In this document: one piece after another, positions 57,981 to 64,000 of the stretch
How positions within the stretch are numbered: the first letter of the stretch is position 1
How the letters are laid out: the number at the start of each line of letters is the position of its first letter
Origin: Adineta vaga
Lineage: Eukaryota; Animalia; Rotifera
Length of the DNA: 64,000 bases
Reading direction: 5' to 3'
NCBI GenBank assembly: GCA_021613535.1
Contig: CP075496.1
Span: 10,354,001-10,418,000 of the forward strand
The notes under the pieces: model-generated
What the model saw: the letters and a program-made list of their open reading frames with translations, nothing else
Told to the model about the DNA's origin: nothing
Databases searched by the model: none
Translations under genes and position numbers: made by a program

Positions 57981-59979
57981 TTAATCAGTAGTTGTAGTCT
58001 TTTTCTTGATTTCTTTCCATGCAAAATGATCGCATCGTGCTTGAGGATTGTTGGAAGCACCATTTGCTCGTGAACAAACATAAAAATATCGTCCCCAATT
58101 AACAGAAGAAGTGTCTTTTACTTGACGTATGACACAGCGTTCCTTATGACCGGTGCATAATGGTGGTGGAGTTGGAGGACGAAAGATTTGATTCCATGTC
58201 GTTATTTGCTTTGGTTTTTCTTCGGTCACAACGATTGATAAATCAATAATTTCAGAATTCTTTGAAAAATAAGGGATAAGTCAAATAGTATATTGAACGA
58301 TCAATTTTACTTTGGGCGTTGAATCGATCGGTGCAGGAGACAACTTTGGTTGAGAACTTCGTTTAAAATGTTGAAAAAGTGATGATTGATCTGATTTAAC
58401 TTTTTTTAATGCTGGTTTCACAGAGAATTTTGCTTGTGTGACAGTCGATTTTTCACTCGGTTGATGAGTTTGTAAACTAATTTTCGATTCATTTACTTGT
58501 ACATCGGTTTCATCTGTTTGTTGTTTTCTAAAAATCCAAAAGTTTCTCCATTCACAATCTTCTTTCATCCAGATCTCTTACTTCTCAATATCATCCTCAC
58601 GTAATCGTTTTGTTTTTACAACAAATTGATTCAATTTCATTTGTGTACCTTTAAATTCAGGCCAATATTTCGTACAAATCGAAGGTGGTCTTGCTAACAA
58701 TCGATCTTTGAGAGCAAAACTAAATTCAGCCATCACCGGACAATGATCACTCGATTCAATTTCTGGACGACGTTGACAATCAATCAAATGTGTTTTCGAT
58801 TCAGCTCCATCGCAGATAATATAATCGATACGTACACCATAATTATTTACACGAGCATTCGATAATGTTTCCCAACAAGTATATGCTTCTCGTTGATCTG
58901 GATGTAAATAACGATATGTATCAATGAAAATATTGTCAGAAACTAATTTGGAAAACCAAAGACGAGAAGGACTGGAATTAAAATACTGAAGAAGATAAAT
59001 ATAAATTATATTTTTGAATATGTGTCTTTATCAATTACTTACATTGAGATCTTCTCCAGGATCACAGGTATCAATTGGTTTATGAGAAACATTGAAATCA
59101 CCAACGATGATGACTCGACTAATGAAAATACAGTTGATAAAATATTTAGATAAAGAAAAAGATTAACATACCATCCGCGTTCTAGAAAACATCTAGCACG
59201 TTGTTCAAGTGCAGAATAAAAATTAAGTTTATAAGTTAAACGTTCAGGTTTATCGGGATCAACACGAGGACAATAGACATTAATAATTACGAGACTTGTT
59301 CCATCTCTATTTTGTTACATAGAAGAAAAAAAACTATAATTTCCAAAAAAAAAGAAAGAATGATTTTTTTTTCGATTTACTCCAGTTCATGTTCCGTCAT
59401 AATGGCACGACCTTCTCTATCAATAGCTAACAAATCATTTTCTTCCATCGAAGCATATTCTCCACCTAAACCATCTTCAAGATTAGTATGTAATTTACCA
59501 GCTAAACCTAAAAACTAACGAACTATTTCAATCTTCATCAAAAACACAGGAATTATTTCTTGCGAAACTAACCTTCTTCAGCATGAATTGGTGTCAAAGA
59601 TGTTTTACAAAATATAGCAACACCTGAATAACCTGATCGAAGTCTTGACCAACTATAAAATGTATGATAACCATCGATTCGTGCATAAGCTTCAGCAAGT
59701 GCTTGACCTAAAAAAAACGACATGAATAGATTTTTCGATTGTTTTTATATGAAATATTTGTCAGATCTACAAATGATGTGAATACAAGTTTCTGTTGTTT
59801 ATTTATTGAACATAGATAGATCGTTCTATTTACGATTTTTATTTCAAATGACAAAAAAACTTACGTGTAACTTTTGTTTCTTGAAAACATATTATATCAC
59901 AATTCAATTGTTCAAGTACAGTTCGTAATGGTTTTCGCAATGAACGAAGACCATTAATATTCCACGAACAAATTCTCAT
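57981..59979 (-). CDS. APEX2: DNA-(apurinic/apyrimidinic site) endonuclease 2
   Basis: MRICSWNINGLR, CFQETKVT, GYSGVA, EGRAIMTEH, NVYCP, VGDFNVSH, YGVRIDYI, SDHCPV; PIP-like QMKLNQFV and QSSLFQHF; C-terminal GRF zinc finger (PLCTGHKERC...GRYFYVC...CDHFAW). Confidence 0.93.
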
Positions 59980-60406
59980 CTAGATATTGGCGATAAATTT
60001 TATATTCAATAGTAAGATTAAGAATTTCTCAAAAGCTACAGCTGAGTGTCAATCCATAATTTACCTAAATCATAGAAATTACATTTCTTCCTTTTTGTCA
60101 CTTCTATTTTAAATACAATCATATATTTAAACTTCTTTTCATTTAATCTTTGTTTTCTTTATGAAATAATTTTCACGAGAGATGTCGCATGATAGTCGTT
60201 TCATGTCACGGAAAAGTAATAATAAACAACAACAATGACAGTCGTGTTCTCATCTCATTCTGTTCTCTTTTTTTCATAACTAATAACTATCCAATCCAAA
60301 GATTACTATTTAGGATGTTTTTCTTATATTCAAATAAATCCAATAATTATTTTCTCTATTAGACTAGATTTCAAATTCTTCTTCTTCGTTTCCATTCCTG
60401 CAAAAG

Positions 60407-61109
60407 ATGACTGACAATGGTGCATTAACTAAGCGCATTGTTAAGGTTAATAAACAATAAAAATCAATCTTTTTTTTCTCAAAATTTTTTCTTCTTCATT
60501 TGTAGGAAAGTGCTCGTTTACTACAGGAACCTGTACCAGGTATCGATGCTATAGTTGATGAACAAAATCCTCGTTATTTCAAAGTTATCATTGATGGACC
60601 TAGTGAAGTGCGAAGATTATCATTTGAATCAGGATATAAATCGATATTGTATTCAATTTAGGGTCCATATGAAGGTGGTAAATTCAAAGTAGAATTATTT
60701 TTACCTGATGAATATCCAATGGCACCACCGAAAGTTCGTTTTATGACAAAACTATATCATCCTAATATCGATAAATTAGGTCGAGTTTGTCTTGATATTC
60801 TCAAAGGTATTTTATTTCTTAGGATTGATTAAGTTTATTAATTTTGTTTCCTTTTTGTCAGAGAAATGGAGTCCTGCTTTACAAATTCGTACCGTCCTTC
60901 TGTCAATTCAAGCTCTATTAAGTTCACCTAATCCCGATGATTTTTTAGACGCTGATGTCGCAGAAAAATGGAAAGCCGATGAAAAAGGTGCTAAAGCTAT
61001 AGGTAAATATATATCATATCATCAATTATTTCATTCACACATACATACTTTGTCCTCCTTCTCTACTTCAGCTCGTGAATGGACTCAAAAATATGCTCGT
61101 GAATCTTAG
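60407..61109 (+). CDS. UBE2N: Ubiquitin-conjugating enzyme E2 N (Ubc13)
   Basis: Five exons: LTKRIVK|[13 protein letters not shown]...[41 protein letters not shown]|[21 protein letters not shown]...AREWTQKYA. Confidence 0.95.
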
Positions 61110-61811
61110 ATCGAAAATCACGTATATATACATATATTTATTTATATAAACTCGTCGGATCAAAAGTGCATAAAAGACACTCAAAATAAATCATGGTGAA
61201 ATTTTTCTTTTTGTATGCTTTTTTTTCGCATGTTCATAGATACTATTTCTTTTATCTCGCGTCTTCTTCTTTTTTTTGTATTCAAGAGCAAAATTCATAT
61301 GTAATACTTGTTGCTAACAACTGTCTATATGACTCGATTGTCTATTTTCAAGAAAAACGAACTCATTTACTTCGTTGCTTCTATTTCGATTGTAATCATC
61401 AATGAATGAATGAATGAATGTATGCGTATGTAAGAACGAAGAAGAGAGAGAGAGAGAAGATAAAGAACAGAGAAGTTATATCATCTTTACTTACATCCTC
61501 AGAGCAGATGTGCTAAACATATCTATAGATACATATCAGATCATTTTGCATGTAAAGAACTGATGTACCCAAAGTATTAGGTTAACCATTGCATGATCAA
61601 AAGTTTGGGTACTAAAAACGTCGCGCATTCCATATCTCTATTATCTGTTCATTATTAATAAAACCATAGAAATTCTTAGCAGATAAGATTATTTTATTAA
61701 CTCTAATAAGAAATCATCGATGTTGAACTATTTTATACATACAATATCTTCTGAATCTAGATAATAAAATCTTAAACAACATAAAAATGTTCCACTACAA
61801 ATGAATTAATT

Positions 61812-63958
61812 ATGCGTTCTTTCAATAGTCGTGTTTTTATTTTCAAAATGCGTCGTTTATTTGAATTATTAATATTAACTTTATTCTTTCTTATTCTTTT
61901 TACTATCGGTTCAAAATGGACAACATCAAAATCAAAATTTAAACCAACAATAGATAATGATACTTTTAAATATTTAAGCCCGAAATTAAATTTAATCTCT
62001 AGTAATTCATTTGTATCTCAAGATAAATCTTTAAATCTTAATGATGATAATATGATAACAAAACAATTAAATTCTAAAGCAGATAATTTAGATAAATATA
62101 TTCATTTAGATTTAAAAGGTGCTCCACCATTAGCTGATAAATTTTATGAAAATTTCTTTGATTTTATTGATAAAATACAAATGGGTGTTAAAGGAATTCT
62201 AATTGAATATGAAGATATGTTACCATTAGAAGGTCGATTTGTTAATGTAAGTTATAAATATTGATATGAAAAATAAAACACTTGTCTTACTTCTTTTTCT
62301 AGACAACTCATCGTTTACATTATACAAAATCTGATATAGAATTAATTCAAACATCAGCTCGATCACATCAACTTGAGGTTATACCTTTAATTCAAACATT
62401 TGGTCATCTAGAATGGTTACTTAAATTGGAACAATTACAATTATATCGTGATGATTTAAATTCACCAATGGTTATTACACCATGTCTTAATGATACTTAT
62501 ATTCTACTTGAAGGTAAAGTAAAGATTAGCGAAAGAATTATTTATATAAAACAAAACAAAATCTTATTTATTAGATCTTCTTAAACAAACGCTCGATATG
62601 CATCCGTATAGTAATACAATTCATATTGGATGTGATGAAGTTATATTAACAAATTCTCATCCAAATTGTCGAGAAATTCAAATGGATATATCACAACGAT
62701 ATGTGGAGTAAATATTAAAAAAAAACTTTTGAATGTACTTTTATTTTATTTTGTAGGCATGTAAAACGTGTTGCAAATATCGTTCGAAGAATTCGACCAG
62801 CAATTCGAATACTTATTTGGGATGATGTTATTCGTGGTGATCAATTTCTAATGAATGAAAAGCTAGTAAGTAGAATTATTTAGTATCGATTATGAACAAA
62901 AAATATGTTCTTATCAATATCACATTGTAGAAGAACTATTGTTCGCTTTATTGTTAACATTCACATTCTCCTTAGAACATATTCTATAATTCATACAGAA
63001 GTGAATGATTAATCAATATTTGAATACATACATAGCAATCTGGAAGATCACTTTTCAATTAAAAATGAATAATAATTTTATTATTGTTTTCTTCTTTAGC
63101 TCAATGAATTGAAAGGTCTCGTTCAACCAGTTGCTTGGAATTATCATCCAATATTTGACGAATCATATGTTTATTCACCTGTATGGAATATTTATTCGAA
63201 ATTATTCTCTACAACATGGGCAGCTAGCGCATTTAAAGGTGGTCTTAATCGTTATTCAATGCAAACAAATGCTACGCATCATGCTTTAAATAATCGTGCT
63301 TGGCTTCAATTTCTTGAGTCATTATCAACTGAAAAGAAGACTTCATTTTCCGCAATTATTCTAACTGGTTGGTCACGTTTTGATCATTTTATGCCTTTAT
63401 GTGACTTATTACCAACGGCTTATCAATCACTTATCAGTAGTTTATATGCTATTAATACTGGCAAAATCCTTCCTAATGATTATATCAATGATTGTGATGC
63501 TTTAATGAATTTAATTGAAAAAGATGGTCAACTATGTCAATCATTACCAGGTAAATGAATGAATTTTTAAAAGCATTCGAAATCTATAGATATTCTTGTT
63601 TTTGCTTATAGGTCTTTCAATTTGGTCAGGTATATCGAGTTTAGCATCATCTCTGGCACAAATTGATGATCGTCTGACATTTTTACATACTGTTGCACCC
63701 TCGTACAATCGTAAACATCGATTTGTACGACGTTATGAGCTTGATTCCCGTCTAAATGAATTACAAATTTTACAAACTGATCTATTAACTATGACTCAAT
63801 CATTACATAAACAATTTAGTGAACTCTATTCAATCGATATTATCGATGAATGGTTTGATCTTTACATCTCACCGACATTGGGACGAATTAATTCAACACT
63901 TTTTGAATTCTCATCAGCACGAAATCAAACATTTTGGTCAAGACGACCATTAATCTAG
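61812..63958 (+). CDS. Hexosaminidase D-like GH20 enzyme with N-terminal membrane anchor
   Basis: Basic tail plus TM segment (RRLFELLILTLFFLILFTIG), HLDLKGAPP, LIEYEDMLP, IPLIQTFGHLEW, IHIGCDEV (catalytic DE), IWDD, WAASAFKG, LTGWSRFDH. Confidence 0.88.
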
Positions 63959-64000
63959 TTGAATATGAGCAACTAACTATGAACAGTTTTGTTTTAGAGT

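Overview
This is eukaryotic, AT-rich genomic DNA with compact genes and many ~50-65 nt GT-AG introns. Intron size, the NHL-repeat/polycystin/orphan-GPCR fragments and a bacterial-type gene point to a bdelloid rotifer (inference). Manual splicing gives, left to right: 3' end of an AK8-like adenylate kinase; a neuronal calcium sensor; an ~18-exon minus-strand CASC1/DNAI7 gene (5497-26249) whose 16.3-kb intron holds two antisense protein-coding genes and whose second intron holds tRNA-Leu(TAG); ARF6-like; MRPS7; a 287-aa hydrophilic 11-mer coiled-coil protein with tardigrade-CAHS-like architecture; laforin; an unknown coiled-coil gene; a C16orf89 homologue; a GH18 chitinase; an Eomes/Tbr1 T-box gene; a SURP-less SUGP1 with an apparent 1-nt frameshift; LRRIQ1; a ~6-kb island of pseudogene fragments and non-autonomous DNA transposons; an intronless DUF427 gene (HGT candidate); APEX2 head-to-head with UBE2N; and a HEXD-like GH20 gene. 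The best candidates for undescribed biology are the CAHS-like protein next to laforin and the multivalent LC8-motif protein nested inside the dynein-arm gene DNAI7. All homology calls come from recalled motifs; no searches were run.
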